Source of the DNA: Lachnospira sp. UBA3790
GTDB lineage: Bacteria; Bacillota; Clostridia; Lachnospirales; Lachnospiraceae
DNA: 64,000 bases
Assembly (NCBI GenBank): GCA_002369135.1
Contig: DFEY01000002.1
Coordinates: forward strand, 168,601-232,600
Direction of reading: 5' to 3'
This document shows, in pieces, positions 28,666 to 39,163 of the stretch (positions within the stretch are counted from its first letter, which is position 1; each line of letters begins with the position of its first letter). A program made the position numbers and the translations under genes. A model generated the notes under the pieces. It was not told where the DNA came from. It did not search any database and worked only from the letters and a program-made list of their open reading frames with translations.

Positions 28666-29928
28666 TTATAATTCTTTTCCGATGTCTGTTCTCATATATT
28701 TGTTATCAAAATCGATTAGCTTTGTAGCCTCATAAGCGTTTGCTCTAGCTTCTTTTAATGTGTCGCCCTTTGCTGTCACGCCTAAAACTCTTCCGCCGTT
28801 TGTTACGATTTTGCCATCGTCTAATTTTGTGCCCGCGTGAAAGACATAGTATCCGTCTTTTCCGTCAAACTGTTCAAGTCCTTTAATCTCGAATCCCTTT
28901 TCGTATGAAACTGGGTATCCGTCACTTGCTAGTACCACGCACACTGCTGCATTGTCTTCAAACTCTAGATCAATCTCATCAAGTTTTCCGTCTATGCAAG
29001 CCTCAAACACATCTATTATATCATTTTTCATTCTAGGTAACACTACCTGTGCTTCAGGATCGCCAAATCTAGCATTGTACTCTAGAACCTTTGGTCCATC
29101 TTCTGTTAGCATCAATCCAAAGAATATAATTCCTGTAAATGGTCTTCCCTCAGCTGCCATCGCATCCACAGATGCCTGGTAAATGTATTTCTTACAAAAC
29201 TCGTCCACATCATCTGTGTAGAAAGGACTAGGTGAGAATGTTCCCATACCACCAGTGTTAAGTCCCTGGTCACCATCTTTGGCGCGCTTGTGATCCTGCG
29301 CTGAAGTCATGATCTTAATAGTCTTTCCATCTACGAATGAAAGCACTGAAACTTCCTTACCAGTCATAAACTCTTCTATTACTATAGTATTTCCGGCTTC
29401 GCCAAATTTCTTATCAAGCATCAATGTCTTAACGCCTTCCATTGCCTCTTCTCTAGTCTGGCAAATTAAAACTCCTTTGCCGAGGGCTAGTCCATCCGCC
29501 TTTAGAACGATTGGCATCTTTGCAGTCTCTAGATATTTCATTGCTTCCTCAGGTGAGTCGAAGTTTTCATATCCAGCTGTTGGGATATTGTACTTCTTCA
29601 TCAAATCTTTTGAGAATGCCTTTGAACCTTCTAGGATAGCTGCGTTCTTTCTTGGACCAAACACGCGAAGTCCAGCCTCCTCAAACTTATCTACAACACC
29701 GCCCACTAGTGGGTCGTCCATTCCGATAACTGTTAAATCAATTTCTTTTTCCTTTGCAAAGTCTACTAGCTTATCGAATTCCATCGCTCCGATATCTACA
29801 CACTCTGCTATTTGTCCTATGCCAGCGTTACCTGGTGCACAGTAAATCTTATCAACCTTTGGGCTTTTAGCAACCGATGTGGTAATCGCATGCTCTCTTC
29901 CGCCACTTCCTACTATTAATACTTTCAC
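28666..29928 (-). CDS. purD: Phosphoribosylamine--glycine ligase
   Basis: GSGGREHA, KADGLALGKGV, QDHKR and EYNARFGDPE motifs. Confidence 0.96.
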   Translation of the reverse strand: MKVLIVGSGGREHAITTSVAKSPKVDKIYCAPGNAGIGQIAECVDIGAMEFDKLVDFAKEKEIDLTVIGMDDPLVGGVVDKFEEAGLRVFGPRKNAAILEGSKAFSKDLMKKYNIPTAGYENFDSPEEAMKYLETAKMPIVLKADGLALGKGVLICQTREEAMEGVKTLMLDKKFGEAGNTIVIEEFMTGKEVSVLSFVDGKTIKIMTSAQDHKRAKDGDQGLNTGGMGTFSPSPFYTDDVDEFCKKYIYQASVDAMAAEGRPFTGIIFFGLMLTEDGPKVLEYNARFGDPEAQVVLPRMKNDIIDVFEACIDGKLDEIDLEFEDNAAVCVVLASDGYPVSYEKGFEIKGLEQFDGKDGYYVFHAGTKLDDGKIVTNGGRVLGVTAKGDTLKEARANAYEATKLIDFDNKYMRTDIGKEL

Positions 29929-29943
29929 TGTTTTCTCCTCGCT

Positions 29944-30528
29944 TTATTTATTTGCTAATTCGTTTATTACTTCAGGAAGAATCTGCCACTCGGCTTCTTC
30001 CATAACACGTCTCTGTAATGTTTCAGGTGTATCATCTTCTCTAACCGCCACTGCCTTTTGTTTGATGATTGGACCTGTGTCAGTTCCTTCATCGACAAAG
30101 TGCACAGTAGCACCTGTTATCTTTACTCCGCGCTCCAAAGCTTTCTCATGTACTTTTAAACCATAGAAACCGTCTCCACAAAATGAAGGAATGAGCGATG
30201 GATGAATGTTTATGATTTTGTTCTCATATTTTTTAACAAGTTCCGCAGGAAGTACTACTAAGAATCCTGCTAGCACTATCAAATCTAGTTTGTAACTATC
30301 GATAGTCTCTAGAAGTGCTTTGTTAAATTCATCTCTAGTCGCGTAATCCTTTGGCGATACCGCCACTGCTTCTATGCCCTTACCTTTAGCACGCTCTAGC
30401 GCGTAAGCATCTTTTTTATTACTTATTACAACTTCTAGTGTGGCGTTTGTGATTTTTCCAGCATCCATTGCATCCATAATGGCCTGCAAGTTTGTGCCAC
30501 CACCAGAAACTAAAACTCCAAATCTCAT
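29944..30528 (-). CDS. purN: Phosphoribosylglycinamide formyltransferase
   Basis: SGGGTNLQA, NIHPSLIP and TGATVHFVDEGTDTGPII motifs. Confidence 0.96.
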   Translation of the reverse strand: MRFGVLVSGGGTNLQAIMDAMDAGKITNATLEVVISNKKDAYALERAKGKGIEAVAVSPKDYATRDEFNKALLETIDSYKLDLIVLAGFLVVLPAELVKKYENKIINIHPSLIPSFCGDGFYGLKVHEKALERGVKITGATVHFVDEGTDTGPIIKQKAVAVREDDTPETLQRRVMEEAEWQILPEVINELANK

Positions 30529-30540
30529 ATTGGTCCTTCC

Positions 30541-31569
30541 TTAATCTACTAGCACTGCTTCTTTAGCGCCGGCTTCTATATGTCCAACTTCGTATGCTTT
30601 GTCGCCAGCTGCTTCTATAGCTTCCATAGCCTTATCCACGTCAGCTTCGTCCACTGCAATAATCATTCCAAGTCCCATATTGTAAGTAGCATACATCATT
30701 TCTTCGTCGATGCCGCCAGTCTTTTGAAGAAGATCAAAGATAGGTGGAATGTCGTAACTGCTCTTGCTTACGATAGCCTTAACTCCTTCTGGAAGCATAC
30801 GTGGGATGTTTTCGTAAAAGCCGCCGCCAGTTATATGGCTACAACCCTTAACTGTAACTCCAGCATCCTTCACATTCTTAAGAGCCTTAACATATATGCG
30901 AGTTGGTGCAATCAAAGCTTCGCCCAAAGTAGTTCCAAGTTCGTCGTAGTAAGTGTCTAGTGACTCTTTTGTCATATCAAACACTTTCCGAACCAAAGAA
31001 AAACCATTCGAGTGAACGCCTGTTGATGCAATACCTATAAGCTTATCTCCCGGCTTAATATTCTCACCAGTGATTAAATCTTTTCTATCAACTACGCCTA
31101 CGGCAAAGCCAGCCAAGTCATAGTCATCCTCTGGCATCAAACCAGGGTGCTCTGCTGTCTCTCCGCCAACCAATGCTGCGCCGGACTGCTTACAGCCTTC
31201 TGCCACACCACTTACTATAGTAGCAATTTTTTCTGGGTAGTTTTTACCGCATGCGATATAGTCTAGGAAGAATAATGGCTCTCCACCTGAACATGCAATA
31301 TCGTTTACACACATTGCAACTGCATCAATACCGATAGTGTCGTGTTTATCCATTACAAACGCTAGCTTAACTTTTGTTCCGCATCCATCTGTTCCAGACA
31401 ACAACACTGGATCGTCCATATCCTTAATTCCTGACAAATCAAATGCTCCTGCAAATCCGCCAATTCCACCTAACACCTCAGGTCTCATTGTCTCCTTAAT
31501 GCTAGCCTTCATTAGCTCTACTGATTTGTACCCCGCTTCAATATCTACTCCTGAACTTTTGTAATCCAT
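30541..31569 (-). CDS. purM: AIR synthase (phosphoribosylformylglycinamidine cyclo-ligase)
   Basis: Y..SGVDI.AG, TDG.GTK, GGETAE.PG and HITGGG motifs. Confidence 0.96.
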   Translation of the reverse strand: MDYKSSGVDIEAGYKSVELMKASIKETMRPEVLGGIGGFAGAFDLSGIKDMDDPVLLSGTDGCGTKVKLAFVMDKHDTIGIDAVAMCVNDIACSGGEPLFFLDYIACGKNYPEKIATIVSGVAEGCKQSGAALVGGETAEHPGLMPEDDYDLAGFAVGVVDRKDLITGENIKPGDKLIGIASTGVHSNGFSLVRKVFDMTKESLDTYYDELGTTLGEALIAPTRIYVKALKNVKDAGVTVKGCSHITGGGFYENIPRMLPEGVKAIVSKSSYDIPPIFDLLQKTGGIDEEMMYATYNMGLGMIIAVDEADVDKAMEAIEAAGDKAYEVGHIEAGAKEAVLVD

Positions 31570-31582
31570 TTCTTTCCTCGCT

Positions 31583-32065
31583 TTATTCGTTTATTTTGGC
31601 GTCCTTTGCCATAACTTCTTTTTTCATATTTTCAGCATATGCTTCTAGTTTACATAATAATTCTTCGTCTTCTGTAGCCAAAATCTTTGCTGCCAAGATA
31701 CCAGCGTTCAAACCGCCATTAATAGCAACTGTAGCCACTGGAACACCTGAAGGCATCTGAACGATTGAGTAAAGTGAATCAACACCGCCCAAATCCGAAG
31801 TCTTCATTGGAATTCCGATAACTGGTAGTGGGAACAATGCTGCACACATACCTGGTAGATGCGCTGCCTTTCCTGCTCCAGCTATAATAACTTTCATTCC
31901 ATTATCCTTAGCGCCCTTTGCCCAGTCAAAGAAGATGTCTGGTTCTCTGTGCGCTGAGATAATTCTCATCTCATAATCAATTCCCATTTCATCTAGGAAC
32001 GCTGCTGCTTTTTCCATGATAGGCATATCTGAATCACTGCCCATAACTATTCCAACTTTTGCCAT
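31583..32065 (-). CDS. purE: N5-CAIR mutase
   Basis: MGSDSD, ISAHR and SIVQMPSGVPVATV motifs. Start likely MAKVG (ATG 32065) rather than the track's 32107. Confidence 0.94.
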   Translation of the reverse strand: MAKVGIVMGSDSDMPIMEKAAAFLDEMGIDYEMRIISAHREPDIFFDWAKGAKDNGMKVIIAGAGKAAHLPGMCAALFPLPVIGIPMKTSDLGGVDSLYSIVQMPSGVPVATVAINGGLNAGILAAKILATEDEELLCKLEAYAENMKKEVMAKDAKINE

Positions 32066-32109
32066 TTTCATTTCCTCTTTCTTTCCGTGATTACTCACTT
32101 CTTTCAAAT

Positions 32110-34110
32110 CTATGCTTCATTCAAAGCTTCGTTTAGTAACTCTGTTCCTTCTAGTACAAATCTTCCCTGCTCTATAATCTTGATTTCTTCACCATCTTTT
32201 GTGATAGCAACTATGTCTCCAAGTTCATCGTATGGGATAGTAACATCCGTATGACAGCCAAAGTATGCTTTGGAAATGTCAGTCTTACGTAGCGCTGATA
32301 CTTCATTTTCTCTGGCAACTATCTGCTTTCCATCTGGATTGAACGTCTCCATATCTTCTTGGAAACTGAAACATGTATCGCCCACTGCAAAGTGAGGTCC
32401 CATCTTCTCTACTATCAAAATAGGAAGTTTGTATATACAATCATATTTGTTTGCAATCACGTACGCTGTAGTATTTGTTCCAATAGCAAACTCACCAATA
32501 GGCAAAGTCTCGTGATTAAACATTACGTTTTCTTTGAAGTAGTTTTTGTTTTCTTCATCGGAGTCAAAGTTCTGGCACCTATAGTCTTTAATCATTCCAT
32601 CTTCAAACTCAATCTCAAGTTCTTTAAAGTTAAGACCTTTCAAGTAAACTGAACTAACGTGAAGTAGTCCGTTTGTACCTTTCAACTTTGGAGATGTGAA
32701 AACTTCGCCCAGCGGAATATTTACATCCGCCAAACAGTTTTCAAAGTTTGTCTCCTTAGTAGGGTCATTCATCTCGTGCATTGCCACTGTAAAGTCTGTC
32801 TTATTATTTCCTCTACCAGTGATGTGTACAAACTCTGCCTTGTCCAAAGCATCAATCAATACCTGCTGAACTTTTCCATACTTTTCAGTATCAAGACTGT
32901 TAATCTTTACTGTCTCGTGGAAAAACTCTTCGAAGTTATCGCCAAACTCTGGAATAGGGAATGAGATAATAGTAAAACTTCTCTCCTCTCCCTTAATATA
33001 TGTTCTAACAATTTTTGTAAACTCTGTTTGATACTGGGCTGTTAACTCCTGCTGCTCTGGTGTGAACTTGATAGCCTCTGGAGTGCTCTCTGGTTCAAAT
33101 GGTTTCTCGCCAAAGATTTCAAGTCTAGCAGGTCCAGCCATCTGAGATGCCATCTCTTTTCTACTCTCAAATGCCGCTGTCTCAGTCTCTAGTTTTCTCT
33201 TCATATATGCTTTGTCGAAGAATAATGCTGCATCTTGCTTGTGATCAAAAGCGTACTGCTTATTTATATCTGTAGACTGGTAATCCCCATATCCAATTAC
33301 AGGCTTTAGTCCCATATCTGCAAAGCGCTTGATAGCTGCTTTTACTATTCTCTCAAAGCCAAGCACATACATTAGCTGCACGTTACTCTTGATTGATAAA
33401 TCTTTCCCTGTTGCCACAAAACCTCTTCTGTAACCTTCAGTGTAAAGACTTGCAATCTCATCTATCTTTTCATCGCTAAGTGTGTTTAAAAACTTAGCCA
33501 TCTTAATTTCATTATCACCAATATGGTTTCCGTATTTGTAAAGATATCTAATATCACTTAAGTCACTCTCAAGAATAATTTTTGTCACTCTGTCCTTGCT
33601 TGGATCTAGCATACTGCCCAAATCTACATCCATAAAGATTTCAGAATTATCTCTCTCAAATGTGTAGATAATATCTTTCAAGTTTTCAGGCGTTAGTCCC
33701 TCTTCATCCTCAAACAAACTGTAAATCTCAATTACAAGTTCGCATCTAATTAAAGCAACTTCCAAGTCACCCTCAAACATATTTAATATACCTGAGCGTA
33801 GAGATGCATAAACATAGCATAGCATCTGTCCATACTCCTCGCCCAAAGTGTTAACTGCAAATGTTGGGTTTGCAAAACTACTCTGGTAGTTTTCTGGCTC
33901 TATCTCTTCATATAACTTTTTATTAAAAGCCTCTAATTCTTCTAATGCAGCCTCGTCAAAGAACCCCTTTTCTTTCTTTTCCTTTATTTCATCAATTAAA
34001 AGAATCAACTTTGCGGCAGCTTCAAAGTAAGTCTTAAACTTATCATCTACTGCTGCTTCATTTAATATTTCATTTACCTTTTCAATTACTAATGTGTATC
34101 TTTCTTCCAT
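32110..34110 (-). CDS. Metallo-aminopeptidase (M29/thermophilic-like C-terminal domain)
   Basis: NIPLGEVFTSP, GEFAIGTN, EKMGPHFAVGD and HTDVT motifs. Confidence 0.8.
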   Translation of the reverse strand: MEERYTLVIEKVNEILNEAAVDDKFKTYFEAAAKLILLIDEIKEKKEKGFFDEAALEELEAFNKKLYEEIEPENYQSSFANPTFAVNTLGEEYGQMLCYVYASLRSGILNMFEGDLEVALIRCELVIEIYSLFEDEEGLTPENLKDIIYTFERDNSEIFMDVDLGSMLDPSKDRVTKIILESDLSDIRYLYKYGNHIGDNEIKMAKFLNTLSDEKIDEIASLYTEGYRRGFVATGKDLSIKSNVQLMYVLGFERIVKAAIKRFADMGLKPVIGYGDYQSTDINKQYAFDHKQDAALFFDKAYMKRKLETETAAFESRKEMASQMAGPARLEIFGEKPFEPESTPEAIKFTPEQQELTAQYQTEFTKIVRTYIKGEERSFTIISFPIPEFGDNFEEFFHETVKINSLDTEKYGKVQQVLIDALDKAEFVHITGRGNNKTDFTVAMHEMNDPTKETNFENCLADVNIPLGEVFTSPKLKGTNGLLHVSSVYLKGLNFKELEIEFEDGMIKDYRCQNFDSDEENKNYFKENVMFNHETLPIGEFAIGTNTTAYVIANKYDCIYKLPILIVEKMGPHFAVGDTCFSFQEDMETFNPDGKQIVARENEVSALRKTDISKAYFGCHTDVTIPYDELGDIVAITKDGEEIKIIEQGRFVLEGTELLNEALNEA

Positions 34111-34122
34111 TTTTTGTCCTCT

Positions 34123-34473
34123 CTAAATGTATGCGATGTATATCAAAACTATAGAAATCCAAATGATTGCGTTAAGAACTGTTCCAATATATGAAAATCT
34201 ATAAAACTTGTTTTCTTCTGTAAAACTTCTAATACCGATAACAAATCCCATAAGCGCTGAAATAAATACTAGTATCATAATAATTCCTATATACATTCCA
34301 GACTTGCCATCTTCCATCACTGCCATGGTAATAGTCAGTGACAAAAGTGCTAAATTGCAAAGTCCGATTGTACTAGAAATTCTGCCACCTCTTGCATATT
34401 TGCTTAGTGGTATTTTTCTATCTTTTTTATCTTCTCTAGTAGGCTTTGGCGCCTTCGCTCTTTTGCTAAACAT
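34123..34473 (-). CDS. Small 3-TM membrane protein (DUF6142-like)
   Basis: 116 aa, basic N-terminus, three hydrophobic segments; family call from recollection only. Confidence 0.6.
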   Translation of the reverse strand: MFSKRAKAPKPTREDKKDRKIPLSKYARGGRISSTIGLCNLALLSLTITMAVMEDGKSGMYIGIIMILVFISALMGFVIGIRSFTEENKFYRFSYIGTVLNAIIWISIVLIYIAYI

Positions 34474-34482
34474 TTCTACCTC

Positions 34483-34938
34483 TTAATTAATCGCTTTTGC
34501 AATCGCATAAATAACATAACCTGTGATTGCCCCAGCTGTGTTTAGAATAATATCATCTATATCAAACGCTCCCACTTTTGTGAGAATCTGAATTACCTCA
34601 ATAGCTCCTGAAAACATCATTGACAAAAGTGTTACCACGAAAAAATTTCTAGTAACTTTATTCTTTGAACTCATTGGAATGAGAAAACCAAATGGTACAA
34701 AGATAAGCATATTTCCACCTAAATTCATAAGTGTAGTTTTCCATCCATAGGTGTATCTCATCGCCCAAAATCTCTTGATTTCGTGGAATGGATGAGTGTT
34801 CATTCGTCTAACAATAGTTCCAGTTTTTCTTCCTAACTCATCACTAAAGAACACAAAGAAAATGAGTAGCGCAAAATATGCTACTAAAAGAATTCTTCCA
34901 ACTATTCTGTTAATTCTTTTTTTCTTTGCTTGTTGCAT
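34483..34938 (-). CDS. VanZ-family membrane protein
   Basis: N.HPF.EI, NL.GN..IFVPFG, IEVIQ and FDIDDIILNT.G motifs. Confidence 0.85.
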   Translation of the reverse strand: MQQAKKKRINRIVGRILLVAYFALLIFFVFFSDELGRKTGTIVRRMNTHPFHEIKRFWAMRYTYGWKTTLMNLGGNMLIFVPFGFLIPMSSKNKVTRNFFVVTLLSMMFSGAIEVIQILTKVGAFDIDDIILNTAGAITGYVIYAIAKAIN

Positions 34939-34941
34939 TTA

Positions 34942-35601
34942 CTACTTTGCTCCGTATTCTTTATAATACTCTTCTATCCTTCCCTTTAGTTCATCATCTA
35001 GTTTTCCTTCTGCTGTCAAATACTCTACCACTTCATCCATGCTCACAATTGCGTTAGCATCGAATCCGTATTTTTCCTTTATCTCATCTATCGCTGTCTT
35101 ATCAGATGTAAGTCCTTTTTCCATCCGGTTTAGTGAAACCATAAGTCCAATGATTTCCACATCGCCCTGTGCCTTAATGATAGGGAATGTTTCCTCGATA
35201 GATTTACCAGATGTAGTTACATCTTCTATTATCACAACTCTATCGCCGTCTTTTATCTTGCTTCCAAGTAAGATTCCAGCATCGCCGTGGTCTTTTTCCT
35301 CTTTACGGTTCGAACAATATCTGATTTCTTTGCCGTACAAGTTATAAAATGCGATTACTGTTGCCACGCCCAAAGGGATTCCTTTGTAGGCCGGGCCAAA
35401 GAGAACGTCAAAGTCGTCACCATAATGCTCGTGAATGGCCTTTGCGTAAAACTCACCAAGTCTCTTTAGCTGAGAACCTGTAACATATGCTCCAGCGTTC
35501 ATAAAGAATGGTGACTTTCTTCCACTTTTCAAAGTGAAATCGCCAAACTTTAAAACATCACTCTCAATCATAAAATCTATAAATTCATTTTTGTAACTCA
35601 T
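34942..35601 (-). CDS. pyrE: Orotate phosphoribosyltransferase
   Basis: FTLKSGRKSP, FGPAYKGIP, RKEEKDHG and VIIEDVTTSG motifs. Confidence 0.95.
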   Translation of the reverse strand: MSYKNEFIDFMIESDVLKFGDFTLKSGRKSPFFMNAGAYVTGSQLKRLGEFYAKAIHEHYGDDFDVLFGPAYKGIPLGVATVIAFYNLYGKEIRYCSNRKEEKDHGDAGILLGSKIKDGDRVVIIEDVTTSGKSIEETFPIIKAQGDVEIIGLMVSLNRMEKGLTSDKTAIDEIKEKYGFDANAIVSMDEVVEYLTAEGKLDDELKGRIEEYYKEYGAK

Positions 35602-36516
35602 CTACTTTACCTTTCCTACCAAATCTTTAATATCTGATACGTTGTGTTTAATCATATAATCTTCTATTCCCTTAACTACTTCCATAGTAGCGTTTGGATT
35701 ATAGAAGTTAGCTGTGCCAACAGACACCATGGTGGCTCCCGCCAAAATCATTTCAATAGCATCTTCAGCAGTCTGGATTCCTCCCATTCCAATGATAGGA
35801 AGATCTACTGCATTTGCCACCTGGTAAACCATGCGTACTGCTACCGGATGAATAGCTGGACCTGAAAGTCCGCCAGTCTTATTTGCAAGAACGAAGTCTT
35901 GCTTTTCAATATCTATCTTCATACCAGTAATTGTATTTATAAGTGACAAAGCATCTGCTCCACCACGCTGGGCAGCCTTAGCCATCTCGACTATGTCAGT
36001 CACATTTGGACTAAGTTTCATAATTACTGGTTGTTTAGCAACCTCTTTTACTTTTCTTGTGATTTCTTCCACTGCCTTTGGATCTGTTCCAAAAGCAATT
36101 CCGCCTTCTTTCACATTTGGACATGAGATGTTTATCTCTAACATATCCACATCTTCGTCGGCCAATCTCTTAACACAGTCTAAGTATTCTTCTTCGGTGT
36201 GACCGCAGACATTTACAATAATCTTTGTATCAAACTGTCTTAAAAATGGGATGTCTCTTTTTGCAAAAACATCTACACCTGGGTTTTGTAGTCCCACTGC
36301 GTTTAGCATTCCGCCATATGTCTCAGCCACTCTTGGAGTATCGTTTCCTTCCCAAGGAGTACTAGCCACGCCCTTTGTAGTGACAGCTCCCAAGTTATTT
36401 AAATCCACAAACTCACCGTACTCTTCGCCCGAGCCAAATGTGCCCGAAGCCACAGTGACAGGATTCTTAAACTCAACTCCTGCAATATTAACTTTCATGT
36501 TTAAATCATTGCTCAT
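35602..36516 (-). CDS. pyrD: Dihydroorotate dehydrogenase (family 1B catalytic subunit)
   Basis: ASGTFG, NAVGLQNPG, EINISCPNV and GGLSGPAI motifs. Confidence 0.95.
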   Translation of the reverse strand: MSNDLNMKVNIAGVEFKNPVTVASGTFGSGEEYGEFVDLNNLGAVTTKGVASTPWEGNDTPRVAETYGGMLNAVGLQNPGVDVFAKRDIPFLRQFDTKIIVNVCGHTEEEYLDCVKRLADEDVDMLEINISCPNVKEGGIAFGTDPKAVEEITRKVKEVAKQPVIMKLSPNVTDIVEMAKAAQRGGADALSLINTITGMKIDIEKQDFVLANKTGGLSGPAIHPVAVRMVYQVANAVDLPIIGMGGIQTAEDAIEMILAGATMVSVGTANFYNPNATMEVVKGIEDYMIKHNVSDIKDLVGKVK

Positions 36517-36528
36517 CTTTTCAACCTT

Positions 36529-37293
36529 TTAAAAATCTATTTCATTTGCGTCAAACACTGGTCCATCTTTACAGATACGTTTGTTGCAAACATTTGAGTG
36601 TTCATCCTTTTCTTTTGTCTTGCAAACACATGCTAGACATGCACCAATACCACACGCCATTCTCTCTTCCAAAGAAATCTGGCACTCGATACCTTTTTCA
36701 TTTGCCCAATCTTTCAAAGCCTTTAGCATTGGTATAGGGCCACAAGCATAAAGCACATCGCCATCTACACTATTTTCATTTAGTGCATCTATTACTGTTC
36801 CCTTTGTACCAGTGCTACCATCTTCAGTAGCAATGACAACAGTAGAGAACTGTTCTAACTCATCAACTAAGAAAAGTTCATCTCTGTAACCCATAACTGA
36901 GATTACATTTTCCCTACCAATCTTTTCTGATAAGTTCTTTGCTAGCTCAACCATCGGTGGAATTCCAATTCCTCCACCAACCAAAATGGCTTTTCCATCT
37001 CTCATGTCAAAACCATTTCCTAGTGGACCAATAATTTGAATCTCATCACCTTCCTGGTAAGTAGACATTATCTTTGTTCCACCACCTACTACTCTATACA
37101 CTATTCGCAGTGAATTATCCTTCACCTCACAAATACTGATAGGCCTTGGAAGTAGTTTTGAATCGTCATTTACATACACATCGATAAACTGACCAGGCTT
37201 TGCTTCCTTTGCCGCGAACGTTTCAATCCACATGCTGTAAATTCCGTCTGCTATTTTATTTTGACTTAAAATTTTTGCAGTTTCTTTTTTCAT
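36529..37293 (-). CDS. pyrK: Dihydroorotate dehydrogenase electron-transfer subunit
   Basis: RPISI, GPLGNGF, GGGIGIPP, MACGIGACLAC and CKDGPVF motifs. Confidence 0.95.
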   Translation of the reverse strand: MKKETAKILSQNKIADGIYSMWIETFAAKEAKPGQFIDVYVNDDSKLLPRPISICEVKDNSLRIVYRVVGGGTKIMSTYQEGDEIQIIGPLGNGFDMRDGKAILVGGGIGIPPMVELAKNLSEKIGRENVISVMGYRDELFLVDELEQFSTVVIATEDGSTGTKGTVIDALNENSVDGDVLYACGPIPMLKALKDWANEKGIECQISLEERMACGIGACLACVCKTKEKDEHSNVCNKRICKDGPVFDANEIDF

Positions 37294-37294
37294 C

Positions 37295-38242
37295 TTAGTT
37301 TACTTTCTCAACATCTTTGTTGCTCTCGCTAATAATATAGTGCGGACGCTCTTTCACTTCCACGTATGTCTTCGACAAATACTGTCCAATAATACCGATA
37401 CAAAACATCTGCACACCGCTTAGGAATACGATGATACAAACGAGTGATGGCCAACCTGAAACTGGATCTCCCCAGATAAATTTTCTGACCATAATAACTA
37501 CAATTGCTATAAACGCTAAGAAGGTAAATAGAACGCCAAACACTGATGCTATGGAAAGTGGTGCGTTTGTAAAGTTTACAATTCCCTCTAGAGAATATTT
37601 AAACAGTTTCCAGAAACTCCACTTTGTCTCGCCGGCTACTCTCTCAACATTTTCGTATTCTAGCCATTTAGTTTTGTATCCAATCCATCCGAAGATACCT
37701 TTTGAGAATCTGTTTCTCTCACCCATCTTCACAATGGCCTGAACCATATCTTTGGTCATTAGTCTAAAGTCTCTAGCGCCATCAGCTATGTCCGCATCTG
37801 ACCATCTATTAATCAACTTATAGAATCTTCTTGCAAAGAATGAACGAATCTTTGGCTCGCCTTTTCTGCTCACACGTCTTGTTGCAACACTGTCGTACTC
37901 TCCACTCTCAAGGTAAGTTACCATCTCTGGCAAAAGTGAAGGTGGATCTTGCAAATCTGCATCCATTATTGCCACATAGTCTCCTGTTGCATTGCAAAGA
38001 CCTGCGTACATTGCGGCTTCTTTGCCGAAGTTTCTTGAAAAGGCAATGTAAGTAGTTTTGCTATCGTATTTAGCTAGTTCCTTAAGATGTTCTAATGTCT
38101 TATCCTTTGACCCGTCATCTACAAAGATGTATTCAAAATCAAAGTAAGGCATCTCTCCTGCAGTCTTTTCAAGCTCTTTGTATAAATATTTAAGACTTTC
38201 TTCCTCGTTATAACATGGAATTATTAAAGATATTTTCTTCAT
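37295..38242 (-). CDS. GT2 polyprenol-phosphate glycosyltransferase (GtrB/YkoT-like)
   Basis: IIPCYNEE, DDGSKD, RNFGKEAA, MDADLQDPP and DFRLM motifs, two C-terminal TMs, EVKERP. Confidence 0.9.
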   Translation of the reverse strand: MKKISLIIPCYNEEESLKYLYKELEKTAGEMPYFDFEYIFVDDGSKDKTLEHLKELAKYDSKTTYIAFSRNFGKEAAMYAGLCNATGDYVAIMDADLQDPPSLLPEMVTYLESGEYDSVATRRVSRKGEPKIRSFFARRFYKLINRWSDADIADGARDFRLMTKDMVQAIVKMGERNRFSKGIFGWIGYKTKWLEYENVERVAGETKWSFWKLFKYSLEGIVNFTNAPLSIASVFGVLFTFLAFIAIVVIMVRKFIWGDPVSGWPSLVCIIVFLSGVQMFCIGIIGQYLSKTYVEVKERPHYIISESNKDVEKVN

Positions 38243-38251
38243 AACTCTCTC

Positions 38252-39163
38252 CTAAAAAATAGTTTTGATATCCTCTATCATATTGATTGTGGCCTGACGA
38301 GAAGCATCCGCAAATGACTCTTCATCAAAACCATCTAAGTTTTTGTAAGCACAAATGATTCCTCTAGATGAATTAACAACGGCTCCCAAACCGTCCTCGT
38401 TAAAGAATGGCTTCAAATCTTTAGCTGTTCCACCCTGCGCACCGTAACCTGGCACTAAGATGTAACTCTTTGGCATAACTTTGCGAAGCACTTCTCCCAT
38501 CTCTGGATATGTGGCTCCAACTACTGCGCCTATATAGCTGTAGTCATCGCCCATACAGTCTTTGCCCCACTCATCTACCTTTTGTCCAACCATCTCATAA
38601 AGTGGTTTTCCATTTATTTCTTGATCTTGGAACTCTCCGCTAGAAGGATTTGAAGTCTTAACCAAAATGAATAGTCCCTTCTTCTCTTCTTTGCAGACAT
38701 CGATAAATGGATTGATCCCATCACTTCCAAGATAAGGATTAACTGTCACAAAGTCCTCGTCAAAAGGTGCAAACTCTGCACTTCCAACTTTAATCTTTCC
38801 AATATGTGCTGTGGCATATGCCTTAGATGTAGAACCTATGTCTCCACGCTTTGCATCGCCTATCACAACCATATCTTTTGACTTTGCATAGTCTACTGTC
38901 TTCTTAAAAGCTACAAGCCCGGGAATTCCAAACTGCTCATACATTGCAATCTGTGGTTTAACCGCTGGTGCTATATCGTATATTGCATCAATAATTCCTT
39001 TGTTGTATTCAAAGATAGCATCGCCCACAGCCTCCAAAGTCTCGCCGTATTTTTCAATTGATGCCTTCATAATATGACTTGGAACATACTCATACATTGG
39101 ATCAAGTCCAACCACGATAGGCGCTTCCATCTTTTTAATTTTACTTACTAATTTGTTAATCAT
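38252..39163 (-). CDS. pyrF: Orotidine-5'-phosphate decarboxylase (subfamily 2)
   Basis: VGLDP, VKPQIAMYE, DAKRGDIGST and LVPGYGAQGG motifs. Start at MINKL overlaps the pyrC stop. Confidence 0.94.
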   Translation of the reverse strand: MINKLVSKIKKMEAPIVVGLDPMYEYVPSHIMKASIEKYGETLEAVGDAIFEYNKGIIDAIYDIAPAVKPQIAMYEQFGIPGLVAFKKTVDYAKSKDMVVIGDAKRGDIGSTSKAYATAHIGKIKVGSAEFAPFDEDFVTVNPYLGSDGINPFIDVCKEEKKGLFILVKTSNPSSGEFQDQEINGKPLYEMVGQKVDEWGKDCMGDDYSYIGAVVGATYPEMGEVLRKVMPKSYILVPGYGAQGGTAKDLKPFFNEDGLGAVVNSSRGIICAYKNLDGFDEESFADASRQATINMIEDIKTIF